Shown here in pieces: positions 27,128 to 41,221 of a DNA stretch of 64,000 nt (within the stretch, counting starts at the first letter, position 1; each line of letters begins with the position of its first letter). Below the pieces are notes generated by a model. It searched no databases and was not told where the DNA came from. It saw nothing but the letters and a program-made list of their open reading frames with translations. Source of the DNA: Balanoglossus misakiensis (lineage: Eukaryota > Animalia > Hemichordata); the NCBI GenBank assembly GCA_040954595.2, contig CM082591.2, positions 3,333,957 to 3,397,956 of the forward strand, in the 5' to 3' direction. The position numbers and the translations under genes were made by a program.

Positions 27128-27803
27128 ATTGTCTGTGTTTTGCAGATCGACGGTAGATCTACAGATGTCTGTTTACTGGGTACGGGGAAGGCGTCCTTGT
27201 AGGGCCACTGGGCCGGGCAACTGGAAGAGAGAGGACAGCAGTGGCTTCACCTTTGAGGCTACGGGGTCACGGTCAGTCGACCTCCAATCATGTGACACCT
27301 GCAACTGAGCCCTTTAACCAAGTCAAAAATGTATTGTTCAAAATTATTCAAAATATATCTGTGCAGCAATAACTCACAGATAAAAATGCCTTTTAGTAAT
27401 TAATGATACTTTTGCACCATCCATGATGATTTCAGAACGACGCGAGATGCAATAAAATATTACAGAAAGGCGATAATAACACAATTAGTTAATTGGCACT
27501 AGCCTAGCAGGTCCTATGATAGCCATTTGTTTGTTTTCATTTTCATCATTCCAATAATTGGCTGCTGTGGTGTTATGGAAACCAAAACAGCGTCGGTTCA
27601 ACTTCAAGGCGTTTCAGCGGAAAGGAGGTGTTTTTTGGAGATCAAACTGCAGTCGGGTAATGTGTCTAAAACTGAAACACATTAGTGATCACGCCAACAT
27701 TTCGGTATGACGTAAAGTGCTAAAAATAGTAAAACGAAACTCGATTTTGTTGGGGAATTCCCAGAACTTGTTGCTGTACGTGGAAATCGGCTGAGGCACC
27801 AGT
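27128..27803. promoter_or_regulatory. Putative bidirectional promoter region between head-to-head CEPT1 and EPSTI1-like genes
   Basis: Divergent start codons ~680 bp apart; CRE-like TGACGTAA at ~27708. Confidence 0.45.
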
Positions 27804-28787
27804 ATGAGTTACACTTTTAATAAGAAACCCACGTCTGTCGGCGCAAGAACTGGCGCTGGAACAAACACTCGCAATCGCACAACGACAAGACCAGGGCAAA
27901 CGCAACGCAACATCAGCCCGCAGAGAAAACCTACCACTGTACCGGGCGCAAAGACAAGGCAGCCGAGAGCTCGGGTTGGAAGAATGGACCCAGACTACGC
28001 AAGCCCAGGGTACTCAAGGCCCCAACAGCAACAGAATCCAGACGGGAGTTTCCGTGACGATGACGGCCAGGCTGGAGCCGAAAGCACACCGCAGCAGTCA
28101 GAATACCGAGGTTCGTACACGATGATCCCGCCGAACCAGAGGAAACGAGAGCAGATACAGCGGCAAGCCGAGAAGGAGACGAAGCAGTACGAGCAATACA
28201 AGGAGAGAAACAAAATGGGGTACATCAGTCTACCGCCGCAGACTGTAGGGGGCGGTGAGGTCTCATCGAAGTCCAGCGCCAGACAGCAGCAGGCCGTGCA
28301 GCACCGGCAGGTCACGGCTACCAGGCAGGGATTTGGCGCAAAGGGGTCGTACAAGGCATCAGTCCGGGAAAGGGAAGAGGCGGAGGCGAGGGAAAAGAAG
28401 GCCAATGCACGGCTGCAGACGGAAAGGAACAAGGAAAAGGAGATTGCAAGACAGCGGGATCTGGACGAAGACCGGAGGAAGAAGAACGAGGAGTTCCTGA
28501 GGAGGTTCGAGAAGAAAGGGAAACGACCACAAAACGCATCATCATCATCATCTTCATCAGCACCACCAGCAGCAGAACCACCTGAGAAAACCCCCAAATC
28601 TCCACCCCGGGCCAGCTATCAAAGAAGTAGTGGTCATTACACTTACAGTGACCAAACCTATGTGGATCCAAACATCCAGATTTTACAAGAGATGTTTCCC
28701 GACAAATCAACTGATGAACTAAGCGAAGCTCTGACTACTTCTTATGGAAACATTGATATGGCAGCAAATCAACTGATGGGCATTTAA
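27804..28787 (+). CDS. EPSTI1: Epithelial-stromal interaction protein 1-like, intronless, with C-terminal CUE (ubiquitin-binding) domain
   Basis: 327-aa ORF. The segment GSYTMIPPNQRKREQIQRQAEKE...ISLPPQTVGG plus coiled coil resembles the EPSTI1 core. C-terminal IQILQEMFPDKSTDELSEALTTSYGNIDMAANQLM has the CUE MFP signature. Confidence 0.72.
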   Translation: MSYTFNKKPTSVGARTGAGTNTRNRTTTRPGQTQRNISPQRKPTTVPGAKTRQPRARVGRMDPDYASPGYSRPQQQQNPDGSFRDDDGQAGAESTPQQSEYRGSYTMIPPNQRKREQIQRQAEKETKQYEQYKERNKMGYISLPPQTVGGGEVSSKSSARQQQAVQHRQVTATRQGFGAKGSYKASVREREEAEAREKKANARLQTERNKEKEIARQRDLDEDRRKKNEEFLRRFEKKGKRPQNASSSSSSSAPPAAEPPEKTPKSPPRASYQRSSGHYTYSDQTYVDPNIQILQEMFPDKSTDELSEALTTSYGNIDMAANQLMGI

Positions 28788-29312
28788 CTGTTTATTGTAT
28801 TACATTTGTACCCTGACAATAAGATAAATAGACAAAAATATATGTGATCTCTAGGAAAGAAAAGCAGTCATTCTGCAAAAAAAGCCTTCATAGCTGCATG
28901 AGATATTCGCTACAATGATAAAAAGCTTAATATTATTAGTTACTGTTTTAAAGGAAATAAACACCGCTCAAGGGGGTGCACTCCTATATCTGACGAAAGA
29001 TGCTGGAGAGCGCCATCAGGCGACAGATCTGTCAGTTACTCTTGTTCTATGTACTATAGCTGAAACTTGAAACAAACTTGAGGAGCTAGCCTAGTGTAAA
29101 TCTTAACCCTGTCACCGAAGTCGCTGTATATGGAACCAGCCACATCAAAGAAAATAAAGTTCATAACCAATAAATAATAATAATGTTATTGATTTCTAAT
29201 ATAACGCACTACATAATATATCTCATATCCTGTTGCTGAAATTATGATTGTGCAGCATTCAAGTTAACTTTATTTCCATCACCGTCCTTGATCCAATCTA
29301 CCTAGCCTGTTC

Positions 29313-32300
29313 CTACTTCAGTGTCCACACAGCAATCTCTCTCAGTATCATCCATGCCACTTGATCTTCTGTGACGCTCACTCTCAGACATTTCACCGGT
29401 TGGTCTATTTTCTTCTCGATGTCGCCAACGTCCAATTTCCCGTTTTCGAAACTGGCTAGATAAACGTAATCGGCACATACTGGTAGTTGTTTCTCGGTCT
29501 GCCCGACAACCTTCGGGCTCGCTTCCAGTCTGCCGTTTCTCAGTAAGTCGTCTTTGTGGTCCTCCGTACCTGTGTCGAATATCACGCGAGTGAGTCTCGC
29601 GGGGGAATCAAATATGACGTAGATGGAGTCGCCGGTTTTGGGCGCGACGCCCCAGAAATACCCGGGCTGCGACGTGTACGCCAGCTGCGGCAGATACATA
29701 CTGAAGGCACGCATGCTGCTGTATACAACAGCGGGCGGGTTGTCCGCATTGTATCGCAGGGACCCAGTGTTGAAGAACCGATCCGACAGGTCTTGTCGTT
29801 TCTCCTTCAGCGACGACTCCTGCCCGACGTGCTGGAACAGCGACGGTAAATGTATCAGCGTTTTGGCCTGGCTCATCACCGCCAAGAAATACCGCAATAA
29901 ATAATCGATCGGTTGTTCGTCGTAAAAAAGAAGCGCAAACTCCGACAATTTCAAAAGATCTGACGAATGGAAAAGCTTCCCGATGAAACCTAATTCGGAA
30001 AATTCCAAAGTCGCCCACGAGTTGTCGTCCTGAGACTCAATAAAGACTCGGATCGAACTGACGAAGTTCGGAGAAGATACAACATCATCCTCAAGCTGCA
30101 AATAATAACTAGAAATATCCTGGCAATAATTGAACAAAAACGCATAATCCACAACTTGTTTCGAACGCCATTTTATCCGGTCTTCTGAGTCGCCATACTT
30201 CTGTTTCAGATTCCCAAACGACGGATAAAAATTTTCCGGTGCTTCGATGACTTCCAGAAACCCATTCCAGACGAGGTGGGAATAGTTTTCCTTTAAAAGT
30301 TCCGTAGTTTGTTTCTTCGCTTCCGCATCCTGGTCGGCGAGGAAGATCACCACGACGATGGTTCTACGCTCATCCCTGGATGTGTTTTCGATGATAGAAT
30401 CCAAAGTGGCCATTAAATAGTTCCCCCTGTCTCTCGTCACTGTCGGAATTCCAATTGTCAGAAATCCTGCCATGGGAAAAAAGCCAAATTTATGACACAA
30501 ATCCCATGCAAAAACAGAGGATTGAAAACCAACTTTCATGCATGTGTTTCTTTATAATAATACTTGTGCAGAAAGACTAATAGTGCCTTACCTTTGGTAA
30601 ATCTTGGGTTGCCTAGCAACCTGACTTCATCTTTGTCAATAACAATGCTCGGTCTCCTAACACTGTTCTGGCCCTTAGGATCGCTCTGCAAGAAAGTGAC
30701 ACAAATCCTGCAGTTTGTTAGTGTTGTAAATATTTTTTTTTAATAACATCAATTCCCTGTATAATGGTCCAACAGTGCCGAGAAAAACACAGTTGGACTA
30801 TAATCCATGATGATGAGGGTTAAACTAAAATAAAATTACTAAGTTTAGAACCTCTATTAATTATCATTTATCATGTATCATATTGTAGAACACTTACCCT
30901 TTCCGAGAGGCCTTGCTGTGTTTCTGTGTCCTTGGGTGTCTGACAGTTGTTTTGTAACAAACTGACAGTTTTCAGCAGTGTGTCTTTCTGTGCCTCACAC
31001 TCTGTCTTGTCATCTCCGCCCAGAGACAATGTTTCTGAAAAATAACAAAGATGATTCAGCTATATTAGATCCATTCATCCCCAAAATCTTCATTTTTTTT
31101 TCAAGTTATGGAATTATGAAAGGGGAAGCTACACCAAGGCAAAATATTTCAAGGGGGATTTTTTTTTCCATTCTTGGACATTTCTAAGCTTGTGTGGGAG
31201 CCTTTTGAAAAGAGCCTCCACTTTCTAGTTCAATCTATTCCAGTCTCTAAGTCTACCGACATACTTTGCCTGCAAATGTCAGGGTATATATACCAGCTGA
31301 CCTGTCACTACTGTGCGGTGAATTAAAAAGACATCTATCTGCCTGCTAGCGCCTGTCATCAAACAGGCAATTGTGAAATCTAGCCTCCTTATCTCTCTCG
31401 TTATGAACTCTTAAAACACAAGGCCACCATCAATAAACGGAACAGTTGGCACGGTTACAGCACAAGTCTGGTAGCTGTCTATCACTGACAACACACGATA
31501 GAGTTTCTAATTGCCCGCATCAGCCAGACACTGATGTCATCACTTATGTCATCGAACACACACTCCAAAAGGTCAGGGGTTAAGTAAGCTGCCTGCAAAT
31601 CAGCATTCGCTGGAGTGGAGATGATACTTCTGGATCATCACGGCAGAGCCACAGCTGTTCATGTTCCCCTGCAGGCTAGCCTTTGCAGGCAACTCCAGTT
31701 TTAAGAATTATGCAGTTGCAGTCCTTTAAACACTCATGAACCCATCTCCCCCTACATAAACATTATTTGGACCCAAAAATAAGGTCGGCCCCAATTGTTT
31801 TTATTTCCATGATAGAGCCAGATGTTTGGGTCAGTTAGATCATTATAAGCAAAGAAATATATACCCTCATTTATTTTATTCTCTATTGCAACATCATCTC
31901 AAAATAGACAACATTACCAGTATTATCCCAACCAGCAGGCTGTGTGATCATCATCATCATCATTGGTAGTGGTGGTGGTGGTGTTGTTGTTCTTGTTGAG
32001 AGGCGAAATTCACCTTTCTAATCTTAAGTTAACTAGCTTGTATTGGACAATTAAATTATTATAGAGAAATGGGGTCAAACTATATACGGGTAATAGCCAT
32101 ACAGTTGTGCACTCCACCAAATAATAAAATACCAGCATCAAAGTCTGGACATAGGGAATGAAAAGTGAAGATGTCGATAGGCCATGATTTGAGACAACTG
32201 ACACGTGTAGATGGTCAATTTCAATCAAGACTGCAATAGACGCGACGTGTGCTTACTTGTTAACATGATGACGCTGTTGATCGTGAAAGAAATGGCCAGG

Positions 32301-32338
32301 CATGCCAGAAATATATTTTTCCACATTCTTGAATTCAT
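29313..32338 (-). CDS. MGAT4C: Alpha-1,3-mannosyl-glycoprotein 4-beta-N-acetylglucosaminyltransferase C-like (GT54)
   Basis: Exons about 32338-32257 (MNSRMWKNIFLACLAISFTINSVIMLT, type II anchor), 31034-30898, 30686-30592 and 30466-29313. The last encodes LTIGIPTVTR, WRSKQVVDYAFL, YYLQLEDDV, LEFSELGFIGKLF, PSLFQHVG and DNPPA. Confidence 0.9.
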
Positions 32339-35300
32339 CCTCGCCTCTCGTCATGGTATCACTTCTCCAGATGCTGAGATATAGAAACATTTATCTACAG
32401 ATATGAGGTTATCAACAACCTGAAGGTCGCCATATTGAGGTGAAAGGTCACCAGGTGTTTAGAGTATACCATTGAGAATAAAAGGGGTGTGAAGGATAAT
32501 TAAAAGAGGTGGCAATGTCGACGTTGGTCGTTGCGTAGTCGAAGGGCCAAAGGGGCGTTGATTGTATGGTAATCTGAGAGCTAGAATAATTATGAACTGC
32601 TGATCTGAGCGTTACAGGGGTCCCGAAGTCTTTGGGTTAATTTACAGTCAAACTTATCCACGTGAACTTTGACACAAGATAGGCCTAGATGGAATTGAAA
32701 CACGCACTTTCAGGAACTTGAAAAATATCATGCACGCCTATTTTCTTTTATTTCCCTCTTGCAAACTCGTGTCAATCTTGTTTCAAAAGGCAACTAATCA
32801 GCTAAATGGAAATTTATCACGTTTTCTCACGTACATTGACAAACAATTTTCAGTTCTTTTTCAGTTTGATAGGTCGCTAAAAGTGCGAACAGAACAGTCG
32901 CACATGTCCAGTTCAGATCCCAGTGGTGTCGTCCGATTTGCGTCACACAACTCAGCGACTCCATCCTCGCAAGAAACAGGTCAGCTCGGCTGGACACTGA
33001 CTTTTTTCCCGCATGTGTCGTCTGACCTTTATTTATTACAAGCTCACGTCACAGACGTCACATGCATCGCGGCATCGCCGTTCACTGGTATTCCTGGATC
33101 GTGTTGTCTGGCATATGGTCGTCCGAGACTGTTTGAGCAATCTGTCTCAGATCTGGACGTCCCAGATCCCCGAGGACCACTAATTTTAGACCACCGACTT
33201 TTATAAACTTCAATATAAACGCCCACTCAGTCGATACAGCCCGGCCAGTATAGATCGACTGTTTATTTTGAAGAAACCACCATAATTGGTGGGAAATTCA
33301 GTATTGGGAAAATATTCGAGACAAATCGCGATACAGAGAAGTAACTAAAAACTCACACATGCATTATCGCATTATCGGTCGGTTTCAGGATTCTCCACCA
33401 TATCCATAAGCTGTATGTTTTACGGCTTGGCCTAATGTATTAAATGCACACCGCATATCCGGTAGACCCATTAAAGTAATTGATTGATACACTCGGCTGA
33501 TGCTACAGGCAGATAAAGACCTGAAAATAGACTTGACCTGAACAACATTACTTAAGTATAACTCCGAGCCATTCTAAGCTCGAATATTAGATCACAAAGA
33601 ATTGAATACCGGAGGGCCCCTGTCTCGTCAGACAAACATTTATTTTATCCGACTAATCTTTTCTTACATCGTTATGGGAAGACATTCGCTCATCGTTCGC
33701 CCACTAAGTAATTTATTATAGCTTGGAAGATTTGGTTTCATATCAGCTACTTCTACTTTGCAGATTATTTCGCATTGTCAGGGCCTGGACCAATTTAATG
33801 GCGGGGAGGGCTGGTGCTTCATTCAAGATGTGGTAACGCAGCTGTTCCGCCGGGGCATATGCTAATTATCCAGCTATTGTTCGCTTTTCTTTCCTCCACA
33901 TCGTCTGCATGCCACATTTTTATCACACAAATCCCACCCCCTTCAGATATCTAATGGTTCTGCCCTAAGTTTTCAAAGACTGCACACCTTTATATAAACA
34001 TCGCATGAAACTCCGTTTTCAATTTACCCATTTTATTTATTCGCACGACTTTATATTCCATCACATTTCTAAGCTAAAGCCTTAAAGGCTTACCGTGTGA
34101 GAAGTAATGCAACGGCTGAAAAGTAATATCGATTCGCGGTGTTTTCCACACGTATGATATTGCTCCGGCTCTGGGGGATTCTGGTTGTTATGGTTACGCA
34201 AGATGTTTCACGCGTTTCCGAGAACGTGCATGCGCTCCCATGGTAACGCCAGCACCGAATCCAGATATATAGAAGCTAATTGCCCTGTTGGTGTGAATAT
34301 TGTAATGTTGAAAGTACGCTGAAAATCCTAGCAATGGAAGTACGTGCATTTAAGAGTGACATCCATCATATATAAAGTGAGAGTTTCCATTCGGTGACTT
34401 AAGGGAGCCACAACCTATAGAGAAAAAAGACGGGGACACGAAAATCGATAAATACTGATATCACAGGAAATTATCAGGCTGCAAGTTAGATAACCTCCAA
34501 ACTGGCATTTTCATTGCACTTTTTATCGGTTTATGCTTTACAAGACAATCCATAAACCGGGAGTTTTCAATCAAAAATTCTATTTAAAAAGGGCACTCCC
34601 TTATTCAAAGATACAAAAGACACACTTCATAAATTGTCACTGCGTTAATATGGCAGTAAAATCTGTACTCTAGTCTGATATGACGCAGGTTGTTTCGGAC
34701 ACCGGACCACCTTGAAACGGACTGTGGCCTCTGGGGGCGTGCTTGTCGGTGCCTGCCCATCATGCAGTGGTTCATTCCCACGTGCGCAAGTGCAGTAAGA
34801 TGAAATCGTTTCACGGACAACGGCCCTGGATAAGATCAATATAATCAGTGTTTTTCTGTTGGAAATTGAACGAGCGCGGATCCGATTCAGTCCTCATTAC
34901 ACTGCTATTTTTAACCTCTATACTCGAGCGAAGTAGTTTGTAATTGCCGTTTTATACGCTATGCTTGACAATTTCGCGCTGTAAATGTTCCTATCAATGG
35001 GTGAAGTTTCGCAATTAAATAAGAAAGAAATGGAAAAGAAGGCGATAGAGATAGGGACGGGGTGAGGTCACTTAAGCAAACGGACCTTACCTAGGCTTAC
35101 GATGCTAGTAAGAGATGGGGAGAGAGAGGGAGAGACAGAGGGGGGAGAGACAGACAGACATAGAGAGATAGAGAGGGACAGAGACAGAGATGCAGACAAA
35201 TAAATAGACAGTCTGAGACAGACAGACATCGTAAATCCAACTTTGAGATTAATTTGGTAATTTTATGTGCCTCAAACCTTCCATCAGCAATCATTTTGTC

Positions 35301-35673
35301 TTGTTTACACAGTCTCGATTAGCTTCATTGATCGTCGCGCATTCACCGTCTACCTTTCCAATTCGCAACCTCTAAAATAAACATTCTCTATATTTTTTTT
35401 GCAAAAAGAACCTATATCCCGGCATGATTTATTCAGCACATGATAAAAACCACTATAGCCGTCGAACTGATGCAAATCTTGGGTATGTTTTATGCCGATA
35501 AATTATTTAACACTCTACCGTAATCCCTACGAAGAAAAGCTCATTATCTTCATCTTCTGATGTTTGTCAGAATATACGGGGAATGGTTGTCATGGAGACG
35601 GGTCATGCAAGACTGTGTAACTGCGCTCATGGCCTTCTTTGTACTGGGTGGTAATCGAATTCCGGGTTGCATC

Positions 35674-35677
<4 letters not shown>

Positions 35678-35704
<27 letters not shown>
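35678..35704. repeat. (GATT)n microsatellite
   Basis: About 7 GATT units. Confidence 0.8.
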
Positions 35705-37039
35705 ATTAACGGGTTAAATCATTGACTCCTGCATGTACAGCAAAATTCAATCTTTAATGTTACTCCGCGCTGCCGTAAGTACTTCGACGAAATCGCCCAT
35801 TGTATTAACCGCCCCGGGGGTATATGATACTTGATATCAATTCCATCGCTGATAACAAGGGAAATTAGCAAACTGAAATATAAGCAAACTGGTAATAAAA
35901 CGCAAAAATCTCAGTCGGGAAGCACTGCCCGAGGACGGAATATCAACATGCGCAATTTCACCAGGGCGATAAGAATCCATCGCGGAGGTAATTCCCCTAA
36001 TCGATAATTGATCAGTGTGAAATATGGTCCCCTTTTAATCCGGTGTCATTATTACATGCAAGTTGTAATTGCACAGAATTCGGGCTACCTGAAATAGGTT
36101 TTTGCTACGTATGTGAGTGATCTCATATGGTCGACACAATTTCTATGAAAACAATTCCCGAGACTAGAATGTTTCGCGCATTGATGGATGTATGCCTCGG
36201 TGATTGTCAACCCGAGCTTCACGTCGCTATATTTGGACATGCATAGAGCGATATAATTGCCTTTCGTCGACGTCTGCGGTACAACTACAAAATAAAAGAG
36301 TCGCGTGATTAGAAGCTGCGTCAATCACAGGCATTAAAAGATTATTTTCATGGATCAGACAGGGGCTAAAAGGTAATTCAGGTAGTCTGAAGCTGTAAAC
36401 GAAAATTAGAATCATGTCGTCCAGAATTCTCTTCTATTTTCGTCATGCATTTTATAATACCCAGATGGTTACATGTCATTTGTCTTGTATATGTATATAG
36501 TACCGTACTGAATATAATATATGAGGCCATTTTCTTATTTTATGATGAATATTTATTTATTAATTAATGTTATATATTTTTATGTATTCGTGTGTGTACT
36601 TCAGCGAGAGACTGTAAGCCGCTGGCTTTCTGACTGGCCAATCCCAACTCTCAGCCGAAGCTAAATCATTCTATCTGAAATAACAAATTGTAAACACAGC
36701 CTGAGTGACAGCGTGTATTGAGTAAACTTCCCTGACTATATATGTCCAACCGAGGTAGAACTATCGCCTGCTATTCTGCAAATATCAAAGTGCAGGACGC
36801 CAATCAGATTGTGTTATCATCCGCTTCTGTGCTCATTCTGATATTGTACTACTTAAAGATAAGACATGCTGTGGGCTGTTAGTTTGAAAGGGAGATGGTG
36901 AAAGAAATTTCACAGTACGTGCGCGTTAAGAATCACCGACTCTACTTCTAAAACAAAAAGAAATTTTGCCATTGGCGTCGTAAGGCTCAATCGCGTACGC
37001 TTGTCTGCACTAAATCCGTCTGTATATTTTCGTGCCTGC

Positions 37040-37042
<3 letters not shown>

Positions 37043-37071
<29 letters not shown>
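37043..37071. repeat. (TG)n microsatellite
   Basis: About 14 TG units. Confidence 0.85.
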
Positions 37072-37075
<4 letters not shown>

Positions 37076-40000
37076 CTCCGTTCAATTTGTGTGACCTGTG
37101 TACCCGTCGCCTTCTCCTGTGACCAATGGCCGCTGAGAAAATGCACAGCGCGGAATTGTCGAGAAGGAAGCGTAAAAACCACAATTATATACTCTACCGA
37201 ATTCTTAAGGTTAAAAATAGCAGGGTAATGAGGACTTAATACGCGCTCGTTCAATTTCCAACAGAAAGCACTGATTATATTTATTGAATTACCTTTCCTT
37301 GTGTATTCTGTAAAGGCAGACAGCCAAACAGTTGAAAGGCGAGTACACACCGCGATTTAATCAATAATGAAGGCGTTTTTAAACCATTTACGCGCGATTT
37401 GTTATTCAAGTGGTGCTATATATGGCACACGTCATAGTGGACAGTATCTGAAATTGCTTTTCGTTTTTCAAAATTAATATTTTAGAAATAAAGTGGATAA
37501 CGTTCAACGAATCGTCCAATAAGGTACGAGTACGGGGGAAGAACATTAAAACTTCATTCCTTTCGGCCAGGCATTGCTGTCTCCGGGGATGCGACTGTTT
37601 TTTGCATTTTATATGCGCATATATACACGTTTGAATCGCTGTCCTGCTCTTGCCGGAGATCATGGAGATATGCAACACCGCCGATCAGAATACTCAGCGG
37701 GCAAAAAGAATCGCCCACATCAGGACAGTCATTATCAGGCACACTTATCAGAGTTGGCGACCGATGGAGCCCCGGGGCACGGAGACATAAATGTTTTTCA
37801 AGTGCCCCCAAACCGCAAAGTAATTTCCATCATACCTACAACACGTGTTGTATACCAACTGATAATTTCTATAGGTAGGTAACTGCTGGAATTCAGTCCC
37901 GGAAACCCCTCCACCCCCAACGTGGCAAGTGTTGGGGCCGTAGTGGAAAATAGGGGCGCTCAAGTGACCCAAGGCACACAAGTACCACCATCTACACGTT
38001 AACTTTCGCTGTCTTGAGTTACTGAAACATTTCTGTTGGCCTGAACTTTGAAGCCTCGGTCGATATTACTTATCGCACTTCCCAGTTGTTTAGTTACAAA
38101 CTGTGTATACGATTGTGTGATATGTTATCGTACTCACCTAGATAGCGACGCACAGATCACCTGACGACTACATCCCGTCAACCACTCCGGTCTGGTTAGC
38201 ACCAAAGGTGAAAGGTGAACATGCCAAAACGAGGCTGTGAACTTGTCAGAAGAAATCGGATTTATTCGTGAAATTTCTGTAAATATACATATTGATCTAT
38301 ATGTAAATGAGATTAAATGGAAATTTTATATACATTTCACAGTATTATCAATCTTTAATTCCCTTATAATTAAACAAACCAAAAGTGCATAAATGCAGAT
38401 GTCTTTTCAGACAAAGTCGCCATCAACGTTAGCATTCTACAACCACCTCCCGTATACGTATCATTGTGTACCAAAAATTACGTCATTGAAGTATTTACAT
38501 GTTACGTAATACGCAAGATGGCGGCAGAGCTGGCGATGATGGACATGACGTCACGAGCAAGATTACTTGAGTAAACAGAACACAAACACGAAACCCGAAA
38601 AAAGTTAATACATAGTGATTTTTTTCCGTTCAAGCAGACGAACTATGCAAAGAATATTTAAGCTTTAAATAACAGTTCATGTTAACTATTAATAACCAAA
38701 AATCCATATACATATTCAATTTTACACCTTGGCGAGTATAATATGATAAAAAGTACCATCAAATATTTAAAACTCTGCATCACAATAACTGCAGAAACAG
38801 GCTTCGAGCCAGAAACGTGACATATTTTATACACACAGTACTGATGAATATTAACAAGAAATGAACGCTTGTAGGTCTTTAACCTGCTGATATTTAGGAA
38901 TGAAATAATTTCTAAAACATGCAACTTGAAGTACAGCTGGCATTAATACTGTAAAAACCCATGATAAACGAACCACCACGTTACAATAACTTCTAATAAT
39001 GAAATGTTAAAGGATGAAAATTACTTCTACTATGTCTAAAGGTGAAAATGACAAAGTATGAATAATGTGTGTTACTTATTATAAGTAAAATGCAAAGGAT
39101 TTGACCTTTCGAACTTCCCTTCAATTTCGTCAGGAAAAACAGTACGAGTTAGTCAGAATTTTTTAAGGTAGCGGGAGAGGCTTTTGCGTTGTAAAATTCG
39201 CGGAGTTGAAATGTTATTGGGGGGGGGGGGTACAATTTTCAACAACAACGATGGTGTCGTTCACGAACAAGGTCGTTATTTTCCATGGTGTTGTAGCACG
39301 CCGTGACTGGTTGTATCATATAAATATCAAAGTCGGCTGGGTGGTCTAGATAATTATCAGGTACAAAGTCTACGCTATAAATAGGAATTTTTCAGATAGC
39401 GAGACTCGTACCATACGATCTAATTAATAACACAGCAACCGAGGTACGTATACAAGTGCGTCACGTCACTGCTTTCAAGTTCGCGAGTGTAATTACTAAT
39501 TCATCTCATTGGACATCGAATGTAACATTTACGATATCTTCGCTTTTTTTTCCATTTCGAGGACATTTGCAGCTCGTAAAGTTGGTCCCACGTGGATTCA
39601 AAATCTTAGCTAACGCCCCTAGCTACGTACACGTTCAAACAGAACATTTCATTTGCATAGCACATTGAAATAAAAAAAAAAACCCAGCAAATATTGAAAT
39701 CGTCAGGCCTAATCAATTTGATATGAACACACAGTATTTTCTCTGGGTCATTCCCGTTTAGCATTGGAAAAAAGGTCATACCCACATAAATAGCGGTGAG
39801 TGTGCTGCAGTGTTTAAAAATAGCCCACAATCCGGTCATACGATGTCGTAAATTAATGTTCCGTATAAAGGAAAATGAAAAATCAAAAGCCTCTAGAAAT
39901 AGCATACAATTGGAATAACGTGTATTTTTTACATGTTTTAGAATTGTAGACTAACCATGTATTAAATACGAACATTGACATAAAAATGTGTTATGATTAG

Positions 40001-41221
40001 GAGAAACAGCATGGTTCAATGCGCTCCATTGCGTGCAGTCTAATACAAATTATTTTTATGACGGTCGTGTCAACAGCTGACACTCATACAAAGTGAGGCC
40101 ACCCATACGAATGAACGTGAACGTGAACGTGAACGAGGGCAGCCATTTTGTTTAAATCGAAACCGCCATAGTCCTAGTTAAAGTCGTTGGCAGTTTTTCA
40201 TCGTTGAAACGTGCTTACTGCTGCGCTAGTTAACTTAAACACAACTTGGACACGTAGCTTTGAAATTTTGATGATTCGTTCTAGCCGGCCTTCGGGTTTA
40301 CGAGCTGCCATCAAGTTAAACAACATCGATTGGTTGCGTCACGGACCCCACTTACTAGGTTACGCAAACACGATACCCTTTGTATAGGTGCACAAGAATG
40401 ACCTTTCTCGGTTTTTACGCCCTCCCCCCGAAAGGAAATATCCTGTTTTCGGACCTTGTGGCCTGTTTTCTACAATCACTGTCGGCTAGAAATCGAATTC
40501 TCTACGAAATATATCAAATTCACGGGTTCTGGTTTATATAAACATTATTGCTATCACGTTCGACATTTTTTTTCTTGCAAGGAACGCTTGATCAATGAAA
40601 ATGGCTGAATCTGATTAAAATATTATTTGCGTCATATGAAAAGTTATTAGGGCAGCTCTGTTTCAGTGCCAATCGTTGGTGGTTTATTGAACCCTTCTCG
40701 TTATAGTTACGACATACATTCGCAAAACCAGGAAACATACGAGAATTTAATGCGACCGGAAATGTACTGTAAAAGTTAATGTTTTAACGGGCAAACAAAT
40801 AAACTTTTCAAAGAAACAAGCCAACCAAAATAACGAACTGTATCGTCACTTAAAATTATCTATCGGTTACAAAATAAATTCATCTGACGAAAACACAAAA
40901 CAGTAAAAATAGTTTACACGACGATTGTTTTTTCAAAAACACTTCAAGAAATACCCGGGATGTTTGACCTCATAAGGTCATGGTGTTTGACCTCATAAGG
41001 TCATTGGATTAGCTCAGTGCGCGGCACATGGTGCGTCTGTGCGTGTCACGTGTAAATAGTAGCGGTACGCCCATATCCTACCTGAGTAAAGCGCTCAGAA
41101 ATCACACATATGCCGTTTGCTCATTCGGGGAGTTTTAACTTTGAGAGGCATGTAAATCCACAACACTGAATTGTTGAGACAATTATTTTAATAAGTCTGC
41201 GAGTTATCAGGACGTTGTTGG

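Noticed and set aside
27995-28710. Antisense ORFs of 200 and 130 aa over the EPSTI1-like gene, and similar shadows over MGAT4C, the orphan gene and TMEM117
   Set aside because: They are low-complexity shadows of GC-rich coding sequence with no recognisable motifs.
33000-40900. Short ORFs (60-160 aa) in the 8-kb gap upstream of MGAT4C
   Set aside because: No homology, no coherent splice chain, several driven by microsatellites; probably regulatory or UTR-intron sequence. No tRNA or rRNA was recognised.
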